Shown: piece by piece, positions 1 through 9,645 of the stretch | Layout of the letters: every line of letters starts with the position of its first letter | Position numbering within the stretch: position 1 is the first letter of the stretch | Origin: a virus | Lineage: Duplodnaviria > Heunggongvirae > Uroviricota > Caudoviricetes | Reading direction: 5' to 3' (one strand) | Length of the DNA: 32,278 bases | Virus record (IMG/VR): IMGVR_UViG_2897375277_000010 | The notes under the pieces: model-generated | Seen by the model: only the letters and a program-made list of their open reading frames with translations | The model's database searches: none | Told to the model about the DNA's origin: nothing | Position numbers and translations under genes: made by a program

Positions 1-219
1 TTACATCCACATAATTTGCTGCCCTGACGGCAACGGGTGCGGCCTTACGGCGTGGACTTCTCCCGGCTTCACGATGTATCGCTGTACCGACTCATAAGTG
101 ATGAACGTGGCGCTGCAATTCACGTTCTGACACTGGTGATAACGCTCTTTTGTCGTGTCAGTGATATAGCGACTTGTACGCGCATGTGCGGCATGCTGGC
201 ATAAAGGACAATGAAACAT
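1..219 (-). CDS. ogr: Ogr late-gene transcriptional activator, C4 zinc-finger, 72 aa
   Basis: ORF track 1..282 (-); internal ATG at 217-219 gives MFHCPLCQHAAHARTSRYITDTTKERYHQCQNVNCSATF..., recognised from memory as P2 Ogr with its Cys-x2-Cys...Cys-x4-Cys spacing; sits downstream of D as in P2. Confidence 0.85.
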   Translation of the reverse strand: MFHCPLCQHAAHARTSRYITDTTKERYHQCQNVNCSATFITYESVQRYIVKPGEVHAVRPHPLPSGQQIMWM

Positions 220-300
220 CGCGAGCACCTCTTCCGGTTTTGTTGATGGTGTCATTTTAGTTAACTTATCCTTATAAAACAAACAGATAAAATAAAAACA

Positions 301-1464
301 TCACTCATCATCTTCTGTTTCGTACTCCACATCAGAAAGCCTGACCTCAAGCTCTAAGGACGTCGTGAAGCCGCTATTATTCAGAAAATGTGTCACCTTA
401 GTGATGGTCCAGTCCTGCTCGTCTATGACGCGCTTAAAGCCTGACACTTTAACCGGTGTTTCCGTGTAAATATCTGCCCGACCGGTAGCCAGGCTGATGG
501 AGAACTCCGCCACACCCCGTTGCAGTTTATCCCACTTCGCCTGAGCGGCGCGCATGGCCTGCGCTTTCGTGGCATATACCGTAGTCAGGGCAAAAACGTT
601 ATCAGCCTCACCGGCCATGTATTCACCTTCGCGCGCTTCCGGTACTTTAGGCGCTTTCTTCTGCCTGACCGGTTTCGCTTTCGGGTGCTCCAGTGCGCGC
701 AGGTGTTTTTCTTTCTTTTTGCGTTTCAGTTTTACCTTCTGCTTTTGCGGTTTCGGGTCTTTGGTGTGTAACCACTTTGCTGTTACGCCGGTATAGGCTC
801 CACGGTCAGCAATCGCAAAATGATGGCGGTCGCCGTCACTGCGGGTGATGGTAATCTGCGGGATTTTTTTACCGCTGGCCGTCACCCCCTGCCCCGCTTT
901 GAGAAACAGCAGTTTTCCCATTTTTACCGACACCTCACCGCCGTTGCGTTCTGCAAGACGGGTCAGGAATTTCGCATCAGACTCCTGCGACTGGTCGATG
1001 TGCGGGATTTTAATTCCGGCCAGTGACGGAGCGACACTGGCTTCCAGCCTGTTACGGGAGGCAATCGCCTCAACAATCGCACCGAGCGTGGTGTCATGCC
1101 AGGAGCCTTCACGGCGGGAATTGAGCGTCCCGCGGAAATCTGCACTCCGGGCGCGGATGGTGACCACATCCGGCGCGCCCCGGTGTTCAACCTCATCAAC
1201 GGTAAATTTCCCTTTGCATACCAGGGCAAAACCTTTCCAGCCGATATACACCGTCAGGACAGCGCCACGAACCGGCAGCCCGACCTGCCCGTCGGCATCG
1301 TTCAGTTCAATATCAAGCTGGTCAGCCTCAAAGCCCCGGTTATCCGTCAGGGTCATGCTCATCAGACGGTCACTGATATTGCCGGTAATATCCCTGCTGT
1401 CGAGCATCAGCATGTAATCCGGCGTCAGCGTACTGCCTGCATCAAATGTCAGCGCATCCAGCAT
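301..1464 (-). CDS. D: Tail protein D (late control gene D), 387 aa
   Basis: 387-aa ORF; length and sequence recognised as P2 gpD; start overlaps the U stop; synteny U-D-ogr. Confidence 0.88.
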   Translation of the reverse strand: MLDALTFDAGSTLTPDYMLMLDSRDITGNISDRLMSMTLTDNRGFEADQLDIELNDADGQVGLPVRGAVLTVYIGWKGFALVCKGKFTVDEVEHRGAPDVVTIRARSADFRGTLNSRREGSWHDTTLGAIVEAIASRNRLEASVAPSLAGIKIPHIDQSQESDAKFLTRLAERNGGEVSVKMGKLLFLKAGQGVTASGKKIPQITITRSDGDRHHFAIADRGAYTGVTAKWLHTKDPKPQKQKVKLKRKKKEKHLRALEHPKAKPVRQKKAPKVPEAREGEYMAGEADNVFALTTVYATKAQAMRAAQAKWDKLQRGVAEFSISLATGRADIYTETPVKVSGFKRVIDEQDWTITKVTHFLNNSGFTTSLELEVRLSDVEYETEDDE

Positions 1465-1943
1465 TATCCCGCCCCCGTCATACCCGTGAATTTAGTCGCC
1501 ATACTGCCAGCCTTACCGATGAGCGATTCCGCCTGTTTACCGATATCGCCATAAAGCGCGGCCAGTGATTCATCAACGCGGGTGAGCGACAGCGTAAAAT
1601 CAATTTTCCGGGGTGTGCCGTCTGCAAAGAAAATACTCCCTGTTTCACTCACCTTGCTGATGACATACATGCCGTAAATCATGCCGGTGCCATCCAGCAA
1701 CGGCCACGCCCGGCCTTCCTCTGCCATCAGTCTGAGCGTGGTCATCGTCAGCTTGCCGCCGGTCAGTTCGGGATAAAGCACACCGGCAAGCGTGATGTTT
1801 TCCTCACCCACACCGAGAAACTGAAAGGCATCCCGTTTACCGATACGGGAATTTGACGGCCAGCGATAATCTGATTCACGCTGCATGGTCTGGTGTGGCA
1901 GCGTCTGGCGCATAAAAACAAACATACCTAACGCGAGCATCAT
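1464..1943 (-). CDS. U: Tail protein U, 159 aa
   Basis: 159-aa ORF matching P2 gpU in length and position between T and D. Confidence 0.85.
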   Translation of the reverse strand: MMLALGMFVFMRQTLPHQTMQRESDYRWPSNSRIGKRDAFQFLGVGEENITLAGVLYPELTGGKLTMTTLRLMAEEGRAWPLLDGTGMIYGMYVISKVSETGSIFFADGTPRKIDFTLSLTRVDESLAALYGDIGKQAESLIGKAGSMATKFTGMTGAG

Positions 1944-1957
1944 TTTTCGTCACCTCC

Positions 1958-4405
1958 TTAACCGTCATGCATCATGCTGGCACGGGCGCGCGCACGTTTA
2001 TCCCGCTCGTATTTTTCGAGCGCATCCTGTAACTGGCGGTCAAGCTGTGTCCCCGGCGCAGTACCACCCGTCAGGCTGATGTGATATTCGTTTTTACTCT
2101 GGTCTACATAAGAGCGGCCAGCCGGTGCCGTGACCGGCTGATAAGCCTGATAGCCTGCATAAGAGCTGGTCGCCGGAATATAACCACCGGTGCCATACGT
2201 GGCGGCATTAGTCCTTGCGGCGGTCTGGTCAAGTGTGTCTGACTCTTTGTTGATAACACCGAGTTTTTCCAGTACCCAGTCAATACCACTGCGCAGTTTG
2301 TTGAACGCATTAAGCGGCAGCATCAGCGCATCAGCCAGTGCCTGCCCGAACATGACCCCCGTGTCACGGCAACTGTTCAGGGTGTCCTGAGTGGCTTTGA
2401 CCGGGGCAATCAGGTTTTTAAACCACTGCCACGCGGCCTGTAACTTTTCACCCAGCCAGTCAAACACCGGCTTAAGTGGCGTGAACAGTTCCCCCACCGG
2501 CGCAAATGCCACTTTCAGCCCTTCAACCACACCGCCAAAGAATGCGCTGACAGGCTCCCAGTATTTACGGATAAGCAACGCCCCGGCGACAATTGCGGCC
2601 ACCACGGCCACAACCGGCCAGCTAATCGCCCCGATGGCGGTCATAACAGCACTGCCAACCGTCGTGAAGACTGCCCCCATTGCGCCTGCTGCCGCGATGA
2701 TGGCATTGATGCCGGTGATAACCGGCCAGGCTACAAGACCAATGGCACCGATGATGCCAGTCAGCACCAGTGCGCCACCGGCAATGAGGCCGATGGTTGA
2801 CGCCAGTGATTTGTTTTTCTGTATCCAGCCGTCGAGTTTTAACACATACTTTGTGGCCATCTGCGTGAGCTTACGCAGCGCACCTTCCTGCTGGTCAAAC
2901 AGGTCAGTCCCTACCGCCTCATAAGCGGACTGAAACTCCTTAAAGTCACCGCCGAGGTTGTCCTGCATGATATTTACCAGCTCCGCGGCCTTCCCGTCTG
3001 AGGCTTTAAACGCAGCGGTCAGTTTGTCCAGCTTTCCGGTTGAGGCGGCAGTAATCAGCACGGCGGCGGCTGAGCTGGCCTCCTCCCCGAAAATGGTTTT
3101 CATGTATTCAGCCTGCTGGGCAGTACCGAGCCGGTTTTTCTCAAAACTGGCCTGCATTTCTTTCAGAATGGTAAATATTGGCCGGGTGTTTCCCTTGCTG
3201 TCTGAGGTTTTCACTCCAAGCTCTTTGAGAGCATCCCATGCTTTTCCCGTCGGTGCCTGCAGGCGGCTTAACACGGCACGGCTTCCCGTCCCCGCCATTG
3301 AGCCTGTGATTTTTGCATCATGCAGCGCCCCGACCATTGCGGCGGTTTCTTCAATGCTGACACCGGCATTTTTTGCCACAGGTGCGGCATAGGTCAGCGC
3401 ATCGCTCATGCCGTCAAAATCGGCGGCGGTTTTGTTCATCGTCATGGAGAGAACATCCCCGATATGAGCGACCTTATCGTTTGAAAGCTGAAAGGCGGAT
3501 TTCATCCCCATCAGCAGGGCGGCGTTTTCTTCCATCGTGCGGCGGTTCGCCAGCGCCATATTCAGCGTGACCGGCGTTGCCGCCTGAATGGCATCAACAT
3601 CCCCACCGGCTTTCGCAATAATAATCTGCGCACCGGCTGCATCATCTGCCGAGGCGGCGGTATTGTCGCCAAGCTGACGCGCCTGTTTGCGTAGTGCGGC
3701 CATTTCGGTGGAGTCTTTTGCCACTCCGAGCACAGCCTGTAATTCTGAGTTTTTCTGCGCAAACTCATAACCGGGCATCAGCAGCTTAACTCCGGCCATC
3801 GTTCCCGCCGCCGCAATCCCCACACCGGCAGCGCCCACTGAGGCCATATTTCCGGCCAGTTCCTTTCCGGCCTGATAACGCTGTTTTACTGCGTTAAGTT
3901 TTGCCTGTTGTGCACTGACACGCGCCAGCGCGTCACGCTGACGGTTAAGCTGTGCGGTGGTTTCACTGATACGGTTTTTCAGCCCTCGTTCATCATGCGC
4001 CAGATTACGGGTATTAATACCCACCTGACTTAACTCCTGACGCTGGCGCTGTACCGACAATCTCAGGCTGTTATATTTCGCCTGTAACTCAGACGCATTT
4101 TTACGCGCGGCTTCCATTGCCTTTGCCTGTGCATTTGTCGGTCGTTCAGTATTTTTAAACTGGACAGCCAGAGCTGCGGCTTCCTGTCTGGCTTTTTTCA
4201 GTTCCTGACCAGTCACGGCGAGCTGTGCACTGGTCTTGCGAAATCCCTCAATACGGGATGCCTGACCGTTCAGCTCGCGCAGTGATTTTTGTGTTTCCCG
4301 GATATCCCCCGACAGCGATTTGCTCGCTGTGCGGATGGATTTAAACGGGCGGGATGCCTGGTCAACAGCCCTGAGCAATACCTGTAATTTTACATTGTTA
4401 CTCAT
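1958..4405 (-). CDS. T: Tail tape measure protein T, 815 aa
   Basis: 815-aa ORF with coiled-coil N-terminal region and Gly/Ala-rich hydrophobic central segment typical of tape measure proteins; ATG at 4403-4405; P2 gpT length. Confidence 0.9.
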   Translation of the reverse strand: MSNNVKLQVLLRAVDQASRPFKSIRTASKSLSGDIRETQKSLRELNGQASRIEGFRKTSAQLAVTGQELKKARQEAAALAVQFKNTERPTNAQAKAMEAARKNASELQAKYNSLRLSVQRQRQELSQVGINTRNLAHDERGLKNRISETTAQLNRQRDALARVSAQQAKLNAVKQRYQAGKELAGNMASVGAAGVGIAAAGTMAGVKLLMPGYEFAQKNSELQAVLGVAKDSTEMAALRKQARQLGDNTAASADDAAGAQIIIAKAGGDVDAIQAATPVTLNMALANRRTMEENAALLMGMKSAFQLSNDKVAHIGDVLSMTMNKTAADFDGMSDALTYAAPVAKNAGVSIEETAAMVGALHDAKITGSMAGTGSRAVLSRLQAPTGKAWDALKELGVKTSDSKGNTRPIFTILKEMQASFEKNRLGTAQQAEYMKTIFGEEASSAAAVLITAASTGKLDKLTAAFKASDGKAAELVNIMQDNLGGDFKEFQSAYEAVGTDLFDQQEGALRKLTQMATKYVLKLDGWIQKNKSLASTIGLIAGGALVLTGIIGAIGLVAWPVITGINAIIAAAGAMGAVFTTVGSAVMTAIGAISWPVVAVVAAIVAGALLIRKYWEPVSAFFGGVVEGLKVAFAPVGELFTPLKPVFDWLGEKLQAAWQWFKNLIAPVKATQDTLNSCRDTGVMFGQALADALMLPLNAFNKLRSGIDWVLEKLGVINKESDTLDQTAARTNAATYGTGGYIPATSSYAGYQAYQPVTAPAGRSYVDQSKNEYHISLTGGTAPGTQLDRQLQDALEKYERDKRARARASMMHDG

Positions 4406-4825
4406 TCGTGTTTCCGCTTCGCCGGAGCGCCTTTTCGCGCCATGTGATGAGTTCGGTCAGGCTCATGGGATATAGTTCTGATGGCGGCCAGTGAAATATC
4501 ACTGCCACATCCGCCATCAGGTCATCGACCGAGAGATTTTTCGGAAACGTCACTGCACCGAGTTCGGCGACAAAAAACCGACCACCTTACCGGCCAGCGC
4601 CACAAGGTCAGGCAGTTCCAGCGCGGCGACCTCCTGCTCGGTCAGCATCGGTGCCGTCATGCGCGGCAGCACTTTAATCAGTGCATCGACTTCGGAGTTT
4701 GCGACCGCAGCCAGACTGACACCGCGCAGCGTCCCGGCACTGGGTTTCATCAGCGTGACCTGTTCGATAACCTGCTCACCACGCTTGACCGGATTGTCCA
4801 GGGTAATCACATTTTCTTTGTTCAT
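4398..4825 (-). CDS. E+E': Tail assembly chaperone E+E' made by programmed -1 ribosomal frameshift (about 142 aa)
   Basis: Slippery heptamer T_TTT_TTG on the minus strand at 4571-4577; the -1 frame stays open from the slip site to a TAA at 4398-4400, which overlaps the second and third codons of T; the combined length of 142 aa matches the P2 E+E' product. Confidence 0.8.
4550..4825 (-). CDS. E: Tail assembly chaperone E, 91 aa (zero-frame product)
   Basis: 91-aa ORF between FII and T; ends ...GKVVGFLSPNSVQ with the slippery run GGT TTT TTG near its 3' end. Confidence 0.85.
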   Translation of the reverse strand: MNKENVITLDNPVKRGEQVIEQVTLMKPSAGTLRGVSLAAVANSEVDALIKVLPRMTAPMLTEQEVAALELPDLVALAGKVVGFLSPNSVQ

Positions 4826-4882
4826 GGTTTTCTCACTTCTGAATCGGGGGTTAACCGGTCAGCCTGGCTGACCGGATGAAAA

Positions 4883-5401
4883 TCACAGGCCGATATTGCG
4901 GCGGTGTTGCTCCAGCCGGTCGACGCCGTTCACCTTCTCAATCATGTTGATGGTGTCAATTTCGACCAGCTCCTTACCGTCCATCGTCAGCCGGAAATAG
5001 GTGCAGACCACGGAGATTTTCGACTCGGTGTCTTCTCCCTGTTTACCCTCGCCGGTGTCGATTTCTTTCTGACGGCCACGCATGACCACTTCGACGGCCA
5101 CCGTTTCGCCGGTATCGTCACGCTGGTAAGAGCCTGCAAAACGAATCGGTACGGCATCCACACCGGTTGCGGCGTAAAGCTCCCAGATAACCGAATCCGG
5201 GAAGCCCCCGAGCGACCACTCCATTGACAGTGCATCGTCATCAAGGCCGAGGTCTACCGGTGCGCTGCCGTTCATCCCCGCACCGCGGTAGTTTTCGAGC
5301 TTACGGGTCAGTTTTGGCAGCGTGACGGACTTTGCAACGCCCTGATAGCTGTAGCCGTTCAGAAAGACGTTCATTAACTTGAGTTTGCGCGGCATTGCCA
5401 T
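4883..5401 (-). CDS. FII: Tail tube protein FII, 172 aa
   Basis: 172-aa ORF directly downstream of FI; P2 gpFII length and synteny. Confidence 0.88.
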   Translation of the reverse strand: MAMPRKLKLMNVFLNGYSYQGVAKSVTLPKLTRKLENYRGAGMNGSAPVDLGLDDDALSMEWSLGGFPDSVIWELYAATGVDAVPIRFAGSYQRDDTGETVAVEVVMRGRQKEIDTGEGKQGEDTESKISVVCTYFRLTMDGKELVEIDTINMIEKVNGVDRLEQHRRNIGL

Positions 5402-5413
5402 CGGTCAGGCTCC

Positions 5414-6604
5414 TTAATTGCTGTTAACCGAAGTGACCAGACTTGCCAGGTATCTGGAAGTAATACGCTGGCGCAAGGTCAGGTTTTCGAGGGGAGGCAC
5501 CGGGGTATAGTCGTAGTCGATATACAGTTTTCCGGCCTTGAGGGTTTCCGCATCGTTGGCTTCTTCACTGAACCAGCATGTGCCATCCACGATATAACCG
5601 TTGTTTTTCAGTTCGCGGAATTTGGCATTAATGCCGTCAATGATGTCGCGAATCAGCGTTGCGGTAATTGGCTTATCAATAGCCCACATGTGCGCCTCAG
5701 CCATCGTGTCGGCCAGTACCTGCGCGGCACGGGTGTAGCTTTCAAAGAGGAACAGCGGGTCATCGGAGCAGGTACGGTTACCCCAGAAACGGAAACCGTC
5801 GCGGCGAATCAGCGTTGTGACGCCTGCCTCGTTCAGCAGGTCAGCATCGGTGCCTGGCTTCTGCAAATCCCAGAATACGGACGCACTGATGCCGGTAACA
5901 CCGTTTACCCCGACGTTGGACAGTGTTTTATGCCAGCCCTGCTCCTGGTCGATTTTAGCGCGCAGGCCCAGCGCACGGGCGGTGGCATACGCGGTGGCGG
6001 TGGCACTGGTGACCGTATCCCATGCGAGGAAATCCGGCCAGATGACCATCAGCTCACGCTGGCTGAAATTCTGGCGGTAGGCTTTCACCTCGGAAATGGT
6101 TTTACAGCCCCATGCGCTGATATACCCGAATGCATTCAGTTCCTGGCATACCGATGCCAGTGCGACAGCCACCTCTTTGGTATCCAGTCCCGGCACGCCG
6201 AGAATGCGCGGTTTAACGCCGGTAACCGACTCAGCGCCCATCAGGGCTTTCAGTCCGGTGTACTGACCGTTTTCGTCGGTGGTGCCGATGATATTGGAAA
6301 CGGTCTGTGCAAGTTTCGTTTCTTCGTCGTCGCCGGTGCCGTCTTCCACACGCACGACAACGGTGACCGGTTTTGACTGGTCAGCGATGGCCTGCAACGA
6401 CGCCGCCAGCGTGCCTTTTTTACCGGCCTTTGCAATCGCGCTCTGCACATTGGTGATCAGCACCGGTTTATTGACGGGGAAGGTTTCCGAATCCGCATCG
6501 CTGGCCGTGCAGACCATGCCGACAATGGCGGTTGATACGGTGGAAATGACGCGGGTGCCGTCGTTAATCTCCAGCACCTGCACGCCGTGATGATAGTCAC
6601 TCAT
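5414..6604 (-). CDS. FI: Contractile tail sheath protein FI, 396 aa
   Basis: 396-aa ORF; P2 gpFI length; first gene of the FI-FII-E-T-U-D operon. Confidence 0.9.
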   Translation of the reverse strand: MSDYHHGVQVLEINDGTRVISTVSTAIVGMVCTASDADSETFPVNKPVLITNVQSAIAKAGKKGTLAASLQAIADQSKPVTVVVRVEDGTGDDEETKLAQTVSNIIGTTDENGQYTGLKALMGAESVTGVKPRILGVPGLDTKEVAVALASVCQELNAFGYISAWGCKTISEVKAYRQNFSQRELMVIWPDFLAWDTVTSATATAYATARALGLRAKIDQEQGWHKTLSNVGVNGVTGISASVFWDLQKPGTDADLLNEAGVTTLIRRDGFRFWGNRTCSDDPLFLFESYTRAAQVLADTMAEAHMWAIDKPITATLIRDIIDGINAKFRELKNNGYIVDGTCWFSEEANDAETLKAGKLYIDYDYTPVPPLENLTLRQRITSRYLASLVTSVNSN

Positions 6605-6704
6605 CCGTTTAACTCCGTGGTTAATGGGTGAGTGCTATTTTCAGTTGTGCCGGAGATGTCAGGCTATTTGTCCCGGTTGGCTAATCGACAGCACAACCAC
6701 CGGT

Positions 6705-6731
6705 AAAGAAAAGGCGGGCAATAAGCCCGCC
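6705..6731 (-). terminator. Rho-independent terminator after G (end of the V-W-J-I-H-G operon); also T-rich on the plus strand
   Basis: Perfect 7-bp stem GGCGGGC/GCCCGCC (6713-6719 and 6725-6731) with a 5-nt loop, followed on the minus strand by a T-run (complement of AAAGAAAA at 6705-6712); located 6-30 nt past the G stop. Confidence 0.65.
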
Positions 6732-6736
6732 TGTAT

Positions 6737-7150
6737 TTATTGCGGTATTTCCGGCCATTCGGGATTTGCTGTATCCACACGACTGACCAGAACGCTGTAG
6801 CGTTCCCATGCTTCCAGTCGGCTGCGCTCCTCATCTGTTGCCATATTCAGCCTGACAGCGCGCTCCAGTGGCAATATGACAGACTCCGCTTCTGTCAGAA
6901 GCTTAGATTTTTGTCTCTCTGCTTGTCCTGTTAACTCTTCCTGAGTTGGCAGCTCTGGTTCTGTAACTACTGGCTGACCATATTCATTGATATTAATAGT
7001 TTTTCCTTCTGACTGCTTTTGCAAAAGATAGTTATACCATCGCTCTGATATTTCAGTAAGGTCTTCTGGCCATGAGTCATTATTCTGGTAGTCGTTTTTT
7101 AATTTATCGTCGTAAAAACCTTTCGTTGATGGGCTGTAATAAATCGTCAT
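6737..7150 (-). CDS. G: Tail fibre assembly protein (chaperone), 137 aa
   Basis: 137-aa ORF immediately downstream of H; conserved C-terminal ...[18 protein letters not shown]...PEWPEIPQ typical of tfa proteins; shorter than P2 gpG (175 aa from memory), with an AT-rich 5' half. Confidence 0.75.
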   Translation of the reverse strand: MTIYYSPSTKGFYDDKLKNDYQNNDSWPEDLTEISERWYNYLLQKQSEGKTININEYGQPVVTEPELPTQEELTGQAERQKSKLLTEAESVILPLERAVRLNMATDEERSRLEAWERYSVLVSRVDTANPEWPEIPQ

Positions 7151-7151
7151 A

Positions 7152-9104
7152 TTAGTAACCTATAGCTGTCCAGTACATATTGCCATTACCTTCACTGTTA
7201 AATTTTGCCCCGGTTCTGGATAGTGAGTTAACAGCAATACTGTAGTCAAATCGCCCGTGTGCGTTAGTGATTGTTATGCTTGCGCAGGCAGAGGGAAAAG
7301 CCACTGGAAATGTTAAACCTGCTCCAGCATTAGAAATATACCCCCACTGCGTAATAATTCCTGTAGAGGCATCTTTATGCCAGCCATTCGCCGCTTTGGA
7401 CGCGGTATTTTTAGCCTGATAACGTGAATCAAAATTACCATAATTAGCTGGTATCACCTGACCTGTGACTCTGAGCGCATCAGACTTCAAAAACATTAAG
7501 TCTTTTGTTGCGCTTCCAACCCTGGTACGCCATTTGAAATATTCATTGCCATTATCACCAGTTTCAAACCACAGGTATGAGTCAGTATCGGAATCTGAAT
7601 CATTTTTAAATCCGATTTTCGCCCAGTCGGTGTTTCTTTCCCAAATCAGGAAGGCATCATTTATAAATTTAATACTCCCTGACATGCTACCGCCAGCTAA
7701 TGCCAACACTGCGAGCTCTGCCGGGGTCGGTTTGCTTTGTGAATTATATTCTCGTGCCCACGGTGTCCATGGTTCTGATGAATATTTGCTACGTGACCAC
7801 ACTCTTGAGGAGTTATACACATGATAAATTTGTTTTACGCCAGCATTTTTTAACACAATTAAATTTCCGGCGTTATTCTCCGGGTAGTTTAACGCAGAGC
7901 TTGTATTAGCGTTGAGCGACTGATGATACAGACCAGGAGTCATATAATCATTTAAGTTTTGATTAGCACCAATAGAAATGCTCTGCCCATTAAAAATATC
8001 CTGCGAAGTAACATTTATATCACTGGTTAACGCACGCCCATTTACTTTGCGTGTTGCTGGTACCGCCCCTGCCGCTAACTCTACCGTTTCCTGCAAACCG
8101 AGGTATTCGATAACGGCGGCAACGGTCGCTTTAGCCAGAATATCTCGCCCAACTTTTGTCAGAGTTGCCAGGCTGGCGGTGTCATTCCCCGTAAAATACG
8201 GAAACCTGTCTGCCGCAGTAGCAAGCCCGGCCAGCGCCGTCAGGGTGGCATCTTTCGGCTGCTTGCCCGCAAGCGCGTTGGTCATAGTGGTCGCAAAGTT
8301 CGGGTCATTGCCCAGTGCCGCAGCCAGCTCGTTCAGCGTATTCAGTGCGTCAGGTGATGAGTCTACAAGTGCGGCAATCGCGGCCATAACGAACGCCGTG
8401 TTTGCTATCTGAGTATTGTTAGTGCCCTTTGGCGCAGTTGGTGCGGTTGGCGTTCCGGTGAGTGCCGGACTCGACAGCGGCGCTTTCTTGTTCGTTTCAT
8501 CCATTACCGCCTTAACAGCTTTTGGCGTTGCGGCCAGTGTTTCAGACGTACTGTTGGTCGCACTGCTTAACTGAGTAAAACCTTTTGCGGTCAGCGAGGC
8601 GTCCGGGTGACGTCGCGACTGTTCGTGCTCTGCAATTTTGTCGTCAACGTAATCCTGCGTCGCCATCACCGTTGTGGTGTCAATGGTCAGCGCCACTGAG
8701 GCCACACTGCTGACGATGATGACCATGCGGCAGGTCTGCGAACGCCCTGAGCCTTCGGCAAGGGCTGGCTTATAACTTTCGGCCATGTTCGCCACGGCAA
8801 TTAACGTTCCCGCATCATCGTACAGGCCAAGCTCACGCATCCAGAAACCGCCCACCTCCGGCGGAATAACCAGCTCTGCGATAATATAATTACTGTGTCG
8901 ATTGTCCTGACTGATTTTATTCAGGGTATGTCGCCAGACCTCATTAACAAGTTTTGTCTGTCCGGCATCCGGGACAGGCAATTTACCACCACCATCCCCG
9001 ACGGCCATCGTGGTAATGTTGACCTTCCGCCCTCCCGGCGCGGTTGCCGCTGCCAGCTTTGCTGCACCGGCAGTGGTGATAACGGTTTTGAATTTTGTGC
9101 TCAT
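7152..9104 (-). CDS. H: Tail fibre protein H, 650 aa
   Basis: 650-aa ORF between I and G; N-terminal part P2 H-like, C-terminal part AT-rich and divergent (receptor-binding region). Confidence 0.85.
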   Translation of the reverse strand: MSTKFKTVITTAGAAKLAAATAPGGRKVNITTMAVGDGGGKLPVPDAGQTKLVNEVWRHTLNKISQDNRHSNYIIAELVIPPEVGGFWMRELGLYDDAGTLIAVANMAESYKPALAEGSGRSQTCRMVIIVSSVASVALTIDTTTVMATQDYVDDKIAEHEQSRRHPDASLTAKGFTQLSSATNSTSETLAATPKAVKAVMDETNKKAPLSSPALTGTPTAPTAPKGTNNTQIANTAFVMAAIAALVDSSPDALNTLNELAAALGNDPNFATTMTNALAGKQPKDATLTALAGLATAADRFPYFTGNDTASLATLTKVGRDILAKATVAAVIEYLGLQETVELAAGAVPATRKVNGRALTSDINVTSQDIFNGQSISIGANQNLNDYMTPGLYHQSLNANTSSALNYPENNAGNLIVLKNAGVKQIYHVYNSSRVWSRSKYSSEPWTPWAREYNSQSKPTPAELAVLALAGGSMSGSIKFINDAFLIWERNTDWAKIGFKNDSDSDTDSYLWFETGDNGNEYFKWRTRVGSATKDLMFLKSDALRVTGQVIPANYGNFDSRYQAKNTASKAANGWHKDASTGIITQWGYISNAGAGLTFPVAFPSACASITITNAHGRFDYSIAVNSLSRTGAKFNSEGNGNMYWTAIGY

Positions 9105-9114
9105 TATTCCTCAC

Positions 9115-9645
9115 TTATCCGGGGTAAACCGTAATTACATCGCCGTCGTAAGCCACACCACCGGCGAACAGGTGGCCGGGAATGTCCTGGGTAATGTTCA
9201 GACCAATAAGGTGACGGCTTGCAGGTTTGGCATCAGCAATCAGCCTCTCCATTTCCAGATACATTTCCTCTGTGATGCCGCTTTCCAGTACACCAATATC
9301 AAGCCGGAAGGTGCCGGGCGGGTCACTGTTTTCCCACCACTCCGTCACGTTGATGAGATAGCCGAGCGGCTCCACCACACGCCGGATTGCACCTATAGTG
9401 CCTTTATGACAGTGGATGAAATAGGCATCGCGGATAACGGCGCGTTTTGTCGCTTCCGGCCACTTTTCATCCCACCTGTCGACCGAAAACGCCCACGCCA
9501 GCCACGGCAGCAGATTTGCCGGGCAGGTGTCCGGGTTCCACAGCTCACGAATCCTGACCGGCGTTTTTTCAATTTCCGCACAGGCTTTTGCGGCGGCGAC
9601 TTCAAGCGGTGATGAGCCGGTCGGCAGCAGTCGCGAATCACTCAT
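9115..9645 (-). CDS. I: Baseplate protein I, 176 aa
   Basis: 176-aa ORF; P2 gpI length and synteny J-I-H. Confidence 0.85.
   Translation of the reverse strand: MSDSRLLPTGSSPLEVAAAKACAEIEKTPVRIRELWNPDTCPANLLPWLAWAFSVDRWDEKWPEATKRAVIRDAYFIHCHKGTIGAIRRVVEPLGYLINVTEWWENSDPPGTFRLDIGVLESGITEEMYLEMERLIADAKPASRHLIGLNITQDIPGHLFAGGVAYDGDVITVYPG

Noticed and set aside
220-282. Upstream extension of ogr (93-aa ORF from ATG 280-282)
   Set aside because: The 72-aa product starting MFHCPL corresponds to full-length P2 Ogr as I recall it; the extension would consume the ogr promoter region.
520-1554. Plus-strand ORFs 520..771, 554..796, 820..1026, 845..1417 and 1096..1554, and minus-strand ORF 963..1229
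   Set aside because: They lie entirely within the D/U coding region, on the opposite strand or out of frame, in GC-rich DNA where shadow ORFs are expected; no independent start signals.
1885-4879. ORFs 1885..2079, 2104..2310, 2190..2390, 2391..2924, 2958..3392, 3373..3570, 3562..3768, 4481..4879 and 4491..4871
   Set aside because: Overlap the tape measure gene T or E/E' out of frame or on the other strand, with low-complexity Ala/Ser/Thr/Pro-rich translations typical of antisense reading of GC-rich genes.
4904-6590. ORFs 4904..5227, 4987..5244, 5690..6376, 5817..6080, 6250..6450 and 6279..6590
   Set aside because: Embedded in the FII/FI sheath and tube genes; products are Arg/Ser/Pro-rich, as expected for shadow ORFs.
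6605-6736. Looked for a Z/fun-like cargo gene between G and FI
   Set aside because: The gap is only about 130 bp and holds a terminator hairpin and promoter space; no ORF is present, so the hotspot is empty here.
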